This document shows positions 51,101-64,000 of a stretch of 64,000 nt of DNA, one piece after another. The position numbers were made by a program, and so were the translations under genes. Below the pieces are notes generated by a model. That model did not search any database. It was not told where the DNA came from and saw only the letters and a program-made list of their open reading frames with translations. This DNA comes from Phoronis australis (lineage: Eukaryota > Animalia > Phoronida). The stretch lies in NCBI GenBank assembly GCA_002633005.1, contig NMRA01000011.1, positions 1,624,555-1,688,554 on the forward strand, in the 5' to 3' direction. Position 1 is the first letter of the stretch. Every line of letters starts with the position of its first letter.

Positions 51101-51721
51101 GGTATGCTTACCTCGTCTCATTGGTGTGCGACTCACACGGTAGCCGAGTATCGTCTGTTTGGTCAATACTGGTCGTTTAATTTATGATTTTATAATGCTA
51201 AAACTTATATTTAATCAACTGCGTCTAAGTTTATGATCGTTGACGAGCGAGCGATAAGAGACTGGGTTACCCCAGACGAATAGGAGACGAGTAAGTTTTA
51301 TTGCGTCGAAACATCCATTGCGTGAAGAGTTATATCTTGGATATCAAATTATGGTTTGTCGCGCGAGGCATTGTGGGAGGTTGTGGGCGGCTCCCTATGT
51401 TGGCAAGTGGAAATGTGCGCACAAAATTTTAATGCAATTTCATGAACAACTACTACTTTGTCGTACCTTAAATAGGGCTCAAGGAATCTCGTATAGACAA
51501 CGATAAGCAGTGAATCGGTGCGTCGAGCATCTGCGTGCACTGTAGCAAGGTGGCAATGCTGAAAGCTTTGTTAGTGACCGCTGGTTGTGGAGTTCGGCGT
51601 CGGATACTGGGAGTTCTTTTTGCCTCACAAGTTTAGATGACGTCAGACTCATCGTTTTACTTATTGAAGTGGCCAAATGATGGCGCTTATAACTCTCCCT
51701 AAGTTATTCACAAGCTTAAGG

Positions 51722-51757
51722 ATAATAATAATAATGATAATGATAATGATGAAGATG

Positions 51758-51788
<31 letters not shown>

Positions 51789-51882
51789 CAAAAATGCTAA
51801 TAATAATAATAATGACAATGATAATAATAATAATAACAAAAATGCTAATAATAATAATAATAATAATGATAATAATAATAAT
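51722..51882. repeat. (AAT/GAT)n microsatellite
   Basis: Direct reading; internal duplication of aacaaaaatgct. Confidence 0.95.
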
Positions 51883-51987
51883 ATTTGAAAAACCGGTGTT
51901 TTATTATAAATGCAGAATTCAAGCTTAATCAGCAAAATCACACGGTCACCAAGCTCTTTACAACACTTTAAATATGATGAAGGGACT

Positions 51988-52230
51988 AACTACATCAGAC
52001 TTGAAATAGTGTATGTACGGCATGAAATAGTGTAAGAACTGCTACATGGGCGGCGCAGCACTGGAAAAAGTGGGGAGCTAAGTCCCCCTCAGCCCCCCTG
52101 TGGTGCACCGCCTGTAGGCCATGTGCGGCGTAGCACTGAAAAATGTCAGCCCCCTATGGTGCGCCGCCCATGGTGCATCAGACTTGAAGTAGTGTGCGTA
52201 CTGCATCAGACTTGAAGTAGCGTGCGGAAC
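51988..52230. repeat. 28-bp minisatellite interrupted by MITE A
   Basis: catcagacttgaa(a/g)tag at 51993, 52176 and 52204. Confidence 0.75.
52045..52172. mobile_element. MITE family A, copy 2 (inverted), inside a 28-bp minisatellite
   Basis: Perfect 13-bp TIR CATGGGCGGCGCA; near reverse complement of 753-878. Confidence 0.85.
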
Positions 52231-55200
52231 CAAAAGCAGTAGTCGACGGAGAAAGAAAGCTCATTTTTAAAATTATGAATAAAATGACACATGCCTTATG
52301 GAGTTTGAAAATTTTGCGCTGCCGTGTGAAACGAATGTTTTGTGAACTTTACCCCTATTAAGATTTTTTTAAGTGAGCACAATATCTTTAGAACGCGGGT
52401 ATGAGTGGCTGTGACGTCCACCGGGGGTCTAGGCTATGAGGTCACCCTTTTGNCCCCCCCCCCCCCCCGGCATCGGTTTGCAGCAACCAGGTTGAGATTT
52501 TGTCAAAATGGTGACGATTGGAGGCATACTAAGCGATGGCGACTTGAAGAGAATCGCAAAATTTGTAATGATGAGTTGCAATATGACGGAACCGATTCTG
52601 TATACCCGTCACGTGATCCCTGCCGCCTATAAGGGTTCCGTAACGTGTGGTCGTTGCATGCCATGAAGTTGTGCCCTGAAGTGATGCATGCTTGCATTTG
52701 TTGGGGGAAGCACATCAGACTAATCTGATATGCCAAGAAGAACTTTTTTCAAGGCTGCGACTGCCGTGCCGTGGACGACGATGTCCCGTGATCCACGACT
52801 TCCTCAACAACATCCGCAATCGTGAAATGCAGAACCAGTTGTACAAATGTGATAAACTACATATGTCCCGGGTGCAGTATTCACCCAGTGTTACCGGGAC
52901 TGGGAGCATTTTGAGACTCTCCGTTCACTTCCCTGCTATAATTTCCTCAACAATTTCTATCACCCATCACGTTAAGCATAATTTGTTACAGTAACCTTAG
53001 AACAGACTTTTTAACTTAAAATGCCCCTCTGTGTGTTCCGGGTATCATTTGAAAAATATGCTCAATTGCTGAAGTGCCCACAGAAATCAAGACCGTTAGC
53101 GACACATCCCTGTATAACGAATACTTTGTGAAAAATTGACCCCTGAACAGTAATTTCGTCTTCAAAAAGGAAGTTCCATGGCGTTCAGGACGAACGTCGA
53201 CACAAAGCGCATCCGCGTTGTTCTTGTGAGCGCTACATTCTGGGTACTAAAAGTTGTACAACTTTGCAAGTATGTGCTCGGAAGGATCACCCTGCCCTAC
53301 ACTTCTTCTTCCGTCGACTCACAATCGATCCTGATTTGGTAGCCTCAAGCGAAACCGATACATGAATTAAAAGAACCGACATCCTATTTCCCACAATAGA
53401 CTACCGAAAACAACATAAACAGTCTATCGTCTGTCGAAACCTTAAGAGTCAAATTCTAAACGTTTAATCATATTAACTGATTACAACACTCAGTAGTTCG
53501 TTTCCAGCAACATCAGTGAAAACAAAGACACTTGGTCAGCGACTGAATTCAAACGTCACGTACGTGCACAAATTCACATTCTATGATGTCAGTTACTGCA
53601 GCTATGTTTAATTCGTCCAATTCCTTAAAAAACCTTTGTAAAATAGTCGATCACTTCAAAGCTACTTGGCACAGTCACAGAACATGATCGTTTTGTTCCA
53701 AGACGGAACTTGCTGACAAGACTGAGCTCATAGTTATGGCGAAGAGAAGGCGAGCTGGATGTTTTGATCACGAACGTCAATGATTCAGAAACGGTAGATT
53801 ATAAATTTTGAGAAATTCTTTTAGTCTTCTTGTGAACGCTAGACAAAAACGTCTCATACTATTATATATTTTTAGTTATCAACAAAAATCGGTTAACGTA
53901 CTTCTTAGTGGCAGATTACTGAGGTGTTGGTGTTGTAAAGATGAATTTGTTTTGGAAGCAGGTGGCCGAAAAAACTAATGGGACAAACATGTATTAGGTG
54001 ATTATTAGAAAAATCACACGAAACCACTTTATTGGCGTGATATAACATAAGTTATGACACTTTCAAGTTGCTACTAATATTTCACACTCCTCAGTAATAC
54101 TACACCCAGGCATTATACGCAAAAATAAGCTAACGAGACCTGGTCGGATCGGGTGCCCAAGGAAGTGCCAAGAGACTGAAGTCTGACTAAGAAGAGCTAA
54201 CTATTGTTTCACGTCTTAGATGTCCAAGATAAATCGTTCAAAAGACAGTCAGATATGAACCTGTCTGATTTTAATGAGTTTGGGAGGTGCCCACACTCGT
54301 CAAGAAGTCGTTTGGACTTTATGCAAATGCGTTACGCCCTGAATCATCCGCTTTTAGACGACGAGTACTATGTCTTATCACGTACAACGCATTCTTAGCG
54401 GGCATTCTACTGCACGAACCATTGAGATATTGAGCAGATTTTGTGCACCAATTGCTACCCGTTGCTGCTCAGATACAAACGGCAATGTCGTTCGCGCCAC
54501 CTTGGTGTCGCTCGGCGTTGCAATTCATTGGAGTCTTGACGTGATAAGTCATATAAATTCCGCGTTTTATCTTCATATGGTGTGCGATAGGCAACTCCAA
54601 ACTGGAGAAAGTATTCCAGTCGTTTAAAGACTGTTTGAACTGTGTCTGGCAGATTAGGTCTTTGGCTTTTACAATCATTTTTTTACAAAACGCAATGAAA
54701 AGAATTGTTGGTGATTTAGGTACATTCATTGCTTGGTTAAACCCGCCACTAAACTTTTCTTAGGCTTTCATATTTTTGTCTTGGTATTTCATCTGTTTAG
54801 ATAACAAAGTGCCTATTCTGCGCTCGACATTAAAGGATCGTGATCTTGCAAAGTTTCGCCGAACTTTCACCCTCCTGTGATGGTTTTAGTAAAACCCCGA
54901 CTGGAACTAACCGTCGTTCTCTGCAACGAGGATACTTTTGATTGCCGAGTCACGACGCCAGCAACTGCATCCCAGAAACGAAATGAACAATTTTGCTGAA
55001 AACCTCATACTTTAGCCACGTTTTTCTTCGCGATGTTGTAAATTCACGATTCGGTATTAAAATAGGTCATTGTTGGAGTTCCGACCATGATATTTCAAAA
55101 CTGAAACTTAGAAACAAAAGGAAGCAATTAACTGCAAAAGTTTTCATTGAATACGAGCTAATTTGCAGATTTTTGCAGACATACCTGTTGCCGTGGAGGT

Positions 55201-58200
55201 TTTTGAGTCTTCACAAGCAGGTCTTGTACTTCTCCTAAGTAAGAAGAGTTTTGGCATCGTGAAACGACTGAAGAATTTTTCCGGATGATTTCCTTGAAAG
55301 AGATGCCAAACCAGTAACAGTCGACGAACAATCACGCTGCTGATCAACAGAAGTTTTGATCTAACTTAAGTATACGAAATTATTTAAGGCGCTACTTCCA
55401 CGCATGCGCAAAGCGGCGCCTCCCTTAATTAACTGAGTTAATTGTGAACGTGAGGAATTTTTGGGGATTTCAGCTACAGGACAATTCTATTTGATCAAAA
55501 GATTGTAGCCTGGGAGTGAATCATCCGATTAAAGCGTATTAAATCGACTATCCATGGACCAGGCGTTAGAGATAGTAATTTTTATTGTTTTGGTTGCGAA
55601 TAGAAAACAACGTGACTCATCGCAGTGCTGTATCGTAAAATATTTGATCAAAAGAAGTTTCAATAACTTTACAATTCTGATGTAAACAAAACCTGGGGTT
55701 ACAGTAGGCTAATAATAGAAATTTACCTCTCTGGCGTTGGCGGATCACTTTATAGTTATGTCAGAGATATCTCCGCGTTTTATCTAGAAAATTTATTATC
55801 GGTTTGCAGGCTTTGTTGCAGAGTCTCTGTACAATGTCTATGAACGATTCGCACGCATCTATCTTCTCTTACCTTCGTGAAAACAGGTGCAGCATTATTT
55901 AAACGATAAACCCATGAAAAGGAAAAACACAACAGGTGTTATGATAAGCGTACCGTAGATTATATGTAAAGACATATTTCAGTTTCAGCACGGACCGATT
56001 ACAGGTCTTATTAAAAATAATGAGCCTTTGCTCAAACATGCTGTGTTTGTTTTCTTTGTCTAAAGAATAATACAACAGATGACTCCGAAACGTTTAGAGG
56101 TGTTAGGCGTGATTCGCTATGCAAACTTGTCAAGGCGCAACTTTTTTGGGTAATTCAGATGTAGTGATAATTATGCAATCGGTTCTGATACAAAACTAAC
56201 TGAGAATTGTTAAAACAAGAATTATACGTAATAGTTTATATTCATCAAAGCATTAATGAAGATAAATTTTACATGCTCTGTGCTCCGTTGCAAAACTTGC
56301 AATGAAACAATATGTCCTCTCTCATGTGCTTTTCATTTTTAAAATCGGTATTGCAAGTTCTTCGTAATGTACCACCGTTTTTCATTTTCGTGTGACAAAT
56401 ACGATCAGCATCAATTGTTACTTTGGCCATCACAGCTTACAGTTAAATTGTTGTTCACACAAGTGATGTTATTTATCCGCAGCCAATATCACAACCAAGA
56501 ACACGTGGTATCGCCTTTCCGCTTCCACAAACGAAAGTTAATTGTTTCAAAGCAGCAAAAACTTGTTTCACACGTGATGCCGACTATTAATTAGGTTAAA
56601 TATGGGAAACAGTGGCTAAAAAGAATTGACATTTTTGATCACAATAAAAGACAGTTTACGCGTGATTAAATCAGCGCATCTCACGTAAACCAAGTAAATT
56701 GACATTTTCGACTCGTTAATGCCTGCCGCGACCTCACAGAACGCCCACAACGCACGCGCTATGTTCACTTTGCGATTTTACTAGGTAGAGTATCGTGGAT
56801 TCAAGAATCTCGCTAAGAAAACTAACGTGATCACGTGCTTTGCTTGTTAAATGCGGGGATATCTCGCGAAGTGCTGTGCGTTGGTGCATTTTGTGAGATG
56901 GAACGAACGCCGTTTACCTTTCTGTCTTCAATCAAAAATGAAAGCCCATACTACCTTATCCACAAAGTCGCCATTTTACAAGTGAGCCTCTTTTTAGGTT
57001 TGAAAACAATGCATTTGAGACATAAATATTAACCGAGCATGTCATTAAGTGCGTAATGCATTGTTTTTAAAATGTCGACTGTGTGAATGTACTGCATATA
57101 ACTTCAAGCATTGTGCGACGTATTTAAACGCTTTTTGTTTTGAGTGAAATGTTTGCTATACATGTATAGCTGCCTTACGCCCTGTTATAAGCTCTCCAAA
57201 AACGAAAACCGAAAAAGGACTTCTACTCTCATAAAATCGACCTCGTAATATCCCTGACCATGATAGGCTTTTACAGTGTATATCCGTACCAACAAGACCA
57301 ACAAAGCCACTACCGACAAAAAAACTCTCCAGAGCTTATTGGGATGACCAACCCTGAAACTGTGAATTCAAGTTTGGCGTATTTTCACATTGCCTGCAAA
57401 GGAAATGGAATACGATCACGGAGTTACATGTACGAGACTTAATTCGATTTTCGTTTTTCAGCTAGTTAAAAGTATCGAAATGAGCTTTAACTTGATTATT
57501 AAATATACTCATAATATAATTAATAAACTGCCCCATTATCAATCTTAAAATTACGAAATGACATGATTGCTTTTGGTCGGTTTTAAACCAATTCTTTGCA
57601 AGTTGTTTTAAAGAATCATGACGTCGATAATTCGGGCACATTCAAATGCCAACAAAAAGAGGTCGCAGTCAAACAAACTCGTTGATTCTCCTTCCAAAGG
57701 CGTTTTATTTCCCTTCTTCTCGTAGTATACGTGCTCACCCGCACCTAAACATCTTTGAGGCACGTTTAAAATTTTCAAATGACCCTCGCGTCTTTTGTGA
57801 ATTGCAATGCAGTTCTTACTGGGTTCATGGTAAAAATTGCTAGGTAAATAAATAAGCAACAACTGGTACATCAATAATATATTAATGAGCGTGCCGTGAT
57901 AAAATGTATTGTTTGATTTTACATATATAATTGTTTTATCTTTTTACATGTCGTCCTTCACGTGTAAGTTGGGCTAGTTTCTTTGAGTGTCCATCTCGAG
58001 ATAAATCTGTGTTTTATACAATAAACTTTTATTTGTATACTTACCATTTAAACTTGAGCGTGCATGTACTGTACTTGCTCATTCCACGCCGATTCAAGAG
58101 CACAGCCTTTGTTGAATTTTAATCAACGAAGGCAATTTTCAAATTAAAACTTGTAATGCTAAGTCGGTTTATGAAGGTTGAATATTGTGAAGCACGTCTT

Positions 58201-61200
58201 TGAGTAGCTTCTTGTGTCCTTGATAACCCCACATGCGGATTACACGTGTGTATAAATACAGACTGTGCACGAATAAGGTAAATGAAATCAAAAAGACCAT
58301 AAAAAGCGGTGTCGCGGAACAGGTGGTTTTCGGCACAGTATTCGGCGTCTTTGACTAACTCCGTTGATCTAACATTTGCACCTAATGTTACCAAAAAACA
58401 AGTTTTCACGCAAAAGGTGTCAGTCTAAACAAAAGCCTGTCAAGCATTCCGATTCTACGTTTTAATCTCATGACTTGAACAGAAAAGTAAACAGTAGCTT
58501 GCCTATAGAGCGGAAGATGAGATAAGATGGCACGGCCATCTAATTATATCATACTGTGCTTACCTTGAGATTAACAACGTGAACACCGGTTGAATGACAT
58601 TTGGCTTTAACTTACTCATTCTGTGACGCTTAGATCGATTGTTTAGTAAAAGGCAAAAGTTTACTCATGAATTTACAGTTACTGCACTCGTTGCCGCGAA
58701 CACTGCGTCTAGGCAAATAGAAAGTAGGGCAAAGACAGCGGTTTAAGTCTGCCAAAAAATATATTACGTGACAAAACATAACCTCGGTAAGTGTGAGTAC
58801 GATGCATGTGTGATGCCACAAACAGTAACTTTTCGATACCTAATTTTTCAAGATTTGATACCTTCTCCGGGAAAGCGTCGCGGGACATCTGGAGAATAAA
58901 CCCCGAAATGCTCAACTAAGGCAGCAAAAACAGCAACATTCTTTGAAATAAAAATCATCTATAATTTTGAAAGTCTATGTTATCTTATAATTCACCCTTT
59001 TTAGAAGATTGTGGGTACTGAAACGATGGAATGCTTTCTTGAATATTCCGTCTGGTGCCGGGATTCATTGCTAACTCCCGTTTCTTAGACTCAATGAGAA
59101 CTTACAAATGGAGCGTGTTTTAAAAATTAAATCTCGTCTACACTTAAAAAATCAATCTAGTCGGCGGTTTACGAAACTAACCTAGTGAAACTAATGCGCC
59201 GTCTTGCGGAATGAGATTTGATCCATCGACATTGGGAAGGTTGGTTCCACTAAACTGCACTTTCTGTTTGAATGAAGATAACGAAATCTTACACAAGCAG
59301 AACTCAAAGTTTGATCAGGACCATTCACCACTTCGTTTTTTTTTTCAATGAACACCCAGAAATCGCTTACGATATACATCCGGGTTCTTTTTAATTATCT
59401 CTCTGCTGACTGATCCAACGTAAGTGAAAGACGAATTCAGAAGCCTGTGCAAAGTTCACCAGTTGCCTGGCAACCCAAAACCCAAACCGCTGAGTCTGGG
59501 CACTGATTCACCAGAGCCGGGGGATTCAAACAGTCTGAACACCCACTCAAACGACTTCTCATTTTTAAATGAAGGAATATAAAGTCCTCTTGCTTGACCA
59601 CCTTTACGGCCGTGACCCTGGACCCTTGCCTGTCTATACAGTCAACACCGACCCCCGCCACCCGTCCATGCGTTGGCCATGGTAATCCATTACCCATGCC
59701 TTGCCATGGCCATGTACTTTCAGCCCTCCACCCTCGCCTGCGTTGGCCATTGTTCAGTACCCTGTCCTGGATACTACATGTATGTCTCCGGGGCATCTTT
59801 AGTCGCGTTTCAACTTCAAAATTAAACTCGAATTCAGTCGTAAACGCTGCAGATAAATTCCTATAGCTTGTTTGAAACAGGGTATTCTACATCATAGAAA
59901 TATTTCGACAAAAAGGAACGGATTGTAATTACTAAATCCGTGAATGGTGGCGTCTTTTGAGGCACCCCGTTGGTGTAGGAAGAATACGCTTGGTAGTAAC
60001 GCGTTTTTAGTGTGTCATAAACGGAGAAAATGAAAATGTTGTACCTAGGAAAATGATAAGCTTACGTGCAAAACGGTGGACTGAAACATGTATTAGTTAA
60101 CCATATCGTTAGAAGGGGAATGAGAAATTATTGTCAATTATGTTGAGGCAAAGTCAACTTCATTAAAGGCTGGTTTCCTGGTGACGTCACTTTTGCTCAT
60201 CAGTCGCTGCTATATTCGTCCCCACGCCGCGTCACAACCAACTTAGTATCGCCTCCCCCCCCGGGTTGGCATTGCAAATAATTTCACCCACGCCGATTTC
60301 ACGATGCCTCCGCGCCCCCGATTTCTACGATCTGTACATCAACACGGTTTTTAGTGATCTTAGTGCGCTTTGCGTATGGGTTACTCTAGCATCGGCGTAC
60401 CTACATGTACTGTATAAAGGCACAGTGCAGTGTAACTCGAGATTTACCAACAAATGCAACTGCTGATTTGTGAATATCAATCATCCTTCACAACTGGCGG
60501 TGAACGATAGCTCATCTATAAGTAATGAACCAGGATGCATCCTGGCGTGGTCACGTGACCAGACTTTTTGGGTCAGACAGAAGGAAGTGCACTGATAAAA
60601 CAATGGCTAACAATGGAAGTGAACGAAACATTGTTTAAGTTTAAACTATTATAACCAGGACGTGCGGCCGGACGTTAATGTCACCGAGGTGTCATGACCT
60701 TGAACTTTTCATGAGAACATCGGCTGGAAACCTTTGTTGGCACTGGTCACGTGGACTGTTAATGACACTTCTTAAAGAGAAATTTTACGTTTCCTTTGAC
60801 GCAAAAATACTGACAAAAAATCCTTTTCCTTTCAGAATACATGTATTTACATTGTGCGCATGTATCATAGATAACCGAGTCTTCATAATTGTGAGTTTGA
60901 AAATTTGATCTGCATAAAAGCAACTTACCTCCGAGGTTCACTTATAATTTATAGCTTTTTTGAATTTGATTGATTAAAAGGGCTTACAGCAGACAAATCA
61001 CTGTTAATGTTTCGAATTTCTCTTACCGCGAGCTTTCAAGAACGGTTCAGGTGTTTAGACTACAATAATGAAAAGTGCCTGCGGCGCGAACAACTATTGG
61101 AAAAAGTGTGCCGAGGAAATACTTGTCACTGAATTGCTCGTGATTATCGTTCATACGCACGGATTACTGAGATAAAACTCCATTTAATTTTGCTTGGATG

Positions 61201-61389
61201 CACACAAGACAATCGTGTAACGAAATAGAAAACTGAGACACAGGGTAATCTAAACAAATGCATTTTTGTTTCGGGTTATATGATATTGATGAAGCTTGTT
61301 CGATAATGTTATTTGATTTGATCTTTCAGCAATTGTCATGAATAATTTGGCGTTCCAAACCAAATGTTTTAGGCATTTTGCTTTTCTCA

Positions 61390-61830
61390 TTGCCGCTGCT
61401 TCTGCTTCTTTTGCTGCTGTTGTTGCTTTCACTGCTCCTGCAGCTGTGTTGTTTCTGACGTTGGTGATTCTACTGTTGCTCTTGCTAGTGCATTGCGTTT
61501 GCTGTTGCTGTAGCGGCTGTTGTTGATTGTAATGTTGCTGTTGTTCATGTTGTTGCTTATACTGGTGCTGTAACTGCTGGTGTTGCTGCTGCTGTTGCAG
61601 ATGATTCTAACACTGCTGCTGCTCCTGCCACTGCCACTGCCACTTTTGTGGGTGGCTTGTGCAAGTTGCCGGTTGCTATAGCGTAGCTACCGGGTCCTGA
61701 CTACTGCTGCAGTCACTGGTCGTGCTGTTGCTTCTACTGTTGATGTTTCACCTGGCAACTGCCATTTGCCGAATACCGGCTATTGTCGCCGCCTCCGCTG
61801 CCGCTGTTGCTGCCGCAAGTGCCGGCTGAT
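61390..61830. repeat. Degenerate (CTG/TTG)n low-complexity tract
   Basis: Triplet-periodic tgc/tgt content; reads as Gln/Ala-rich on the minus strand, with stops. Confidence 0.85.
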
Positions 61831-64000
61831 TCTGGCTGTTCACTAATTGCGCCTTTGAAGTGAGATTACGCACGTTTTCAGCTAATTAAAATCTGCGTTA
61901 TTTTTTGGTTTTTGAAAACCATTTACATTAAGGTAACCTCAATTTTTCCTGAGGACTCGGATTTCTCGGTTTAGAAATACTTATAGTTTGTCAGTGCATG
62001 AGGCCATGCTATTTAGCTCATACATGTAAAATCATGCCCCAACATGACTACCCATGTTATTTTTAGTTGCTCACCTTTTCAAATCGAAAATCCACTTTTG
62101 ATGAGCAAAAGAGTTAGCGTTTCAAAACTAGCTTACCCTTGCTGACGTGCAAATTTTGAAGAAAAACCACCGGACCTTGGGTTAAATTTATGCAAGCGGT
62201 GATTTCATTCGCTTAGTCGGAGCGCGCCGGTCTAGAAATCAGTGGGAAAACAGACCAAAACAAATATTTTTTTTATTATTTCAATGAAGAGTCAGTTCAC
62301 CTACAAGTTCAGAAATCACCTCTAATTGTAGAGAAGGGAAAATAAAGGACAAATTTATATCAGTAATAGGCCCAAGTCCGGAAACAATTTTATTTTGATG
62401 GAATAACGACTTGAATCACTCAGTTTCTTTTGAAAAGACAAGGCAACTCGATGAGACTGGCCACTGAAATACAGTTAGTGTGACCCCAAGGTGTACATGC
62501 GCTATCTCAGCTCACCATACCAAACTAGATGTTAGTGCTTGCGCATGTTTGTCTTTCGAGTGTTTTTTCTAATAATAATGAACTTTTTATTTTTTTCAAA
62601 ACTTGTAATGTATTTCCCATTTGCTGCCAAATTCTTCTTTGCAGTAGCAGTATCACGTCACATGACTTTGTAAACAGACAAACTTCTCGCGCAGACAAAG
62701 ATGTTATCGACTGACTGATAAGAACAAGTGGCAGATTCATTCATAAAATGTGAATTTAGACGCAATCCGCGGCTGCCGTTATCTACTACAAACATTTCTG
62801 TACGATAACAATGTTGAACAAGTGATTAGTGCGGAATGACACCTAACTGTGGTGCGATTTGCTTTTCTTCTTCTCATCGCAACTTACGCACACACGACCG
62901 CGACAGTCGTTTACAGACCAGTGCTATTAGAAACCAGACATTAGAAGCGAATATCTTATTTTGTCACAAATGCTTAACCAAAAATTTCCCATTCCATGCA
63001 AAAAGTCAACAACAAAACTTCGTGTCCACGCGCCTTTAAACAGGTCGTCAATCTTTACGATTTGAAAACTGTCATGGGAGAAAAGCTTGATTTAAAGGAT
63101 ACTCAACCCTGCTTTAACCTTATAAAAATGATAACTGAGGTTAGTTCTTCGAAACAAAATAATGGCCAATCCTCAAAAACCTTCGAAAAATATTGAGAAC
63201 TCGAGAAGTGCTACTAACGCTATGGGGCAAGTTGGTCGTTGACTGAAATGGACATGAGTACGTGTAGAAAGCGCGCGGAGTGAGTGATTGCAGCGCCACC
63301 CCGCGTGTGATTGTGTGTTGTGCCACATACGCCACAACACATGTAACATTTTGAATATATATTCTAAACAATTAAGTCTTCCACACAATTTACTGAAGTG
63401 GCCCAGCACTTCTAGGCTACAAAATAATTTTCTAGATTTTCACGTTTAAAGTTAACTACTTACTGGGCTTTCGTTATTCTAAAGTTTGGTGTGCGCTACA
63501 CAGTGAGTCAAACCAAGCCATTCTGTTGGTTTCGTCGCCCGTAGACAACAAATTCCGAGTCATTCAACGCGGTGATAAATCAAAATACATTTTCATAAGC
63601 AACTTCCTCGATGAATATCAAGAGACTGTAAACGTGTCTCTAATGAACTAATTGTGTCCTCTTACAAATGATAAATTTGGCATTCAAGTATCATAAAAGT
63701 AATCATAAAACTTGTAAATCATAAGCGATTTCAAGTGAATAAGCTTGTCATTTCAATTATGAACTGTACACACTATGACTACAGGCTAGTTACGACGAAT
63801 TGTTTTAACATTTTTTCGTTACTTGCACGTATCATAATTACATTGAAAATTTAGATTTAAAAAATATTTCATAACGAAATTTTGCAATGTTCTATTTCTG
63901 AATATTTGCAGATAGTCAATGATAATTTGATAATAAGCCGTGTTATCAAAAAACACGAAAGGTCTTATCCAAAAAAGTGAAAACAACCGATGCATTATTT

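Overview
Eukaryotic (animal, probably marine invertebrate) genomic DNA, AT-rich, with one 339-N gap (19887-20225). It holds one clear host gene: a minus-strand, six-coding-exon odd-skipped-related (Osr) C2H2 zinc-finger gene, CDS 40938->28990, predicted 384 aa. The protein has five fingers and the KPKFDFAHLA motif, and starts from a 25-nt first coding exon that the ORF track misses. The first ~27 kb (downstream of Osr) is a transposon graveyard. It includes an internally deleted AcademX-type element (XPG-like nuclease and Cys-rich tail remnants, octamer-rich inverted arms). One arm abuts a probable Polinton/Maverick remnant (AGTAGT end, pPolB fragment) enclosing a disrupted orphan ORF. There is also an L1/Tx1 ORF2 fragment and several MITE families. 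The ~23 kb upstream of Osr has no recognisable gene and few recognisable transposons, consistent with a regulatory desert. All family assignments come from motif recognition by eye; no database search was run. Nothing here demonstrates a new biological system. The best leads are the Polinton-associated orphan ORF and the possible alternative Osr isoforms.
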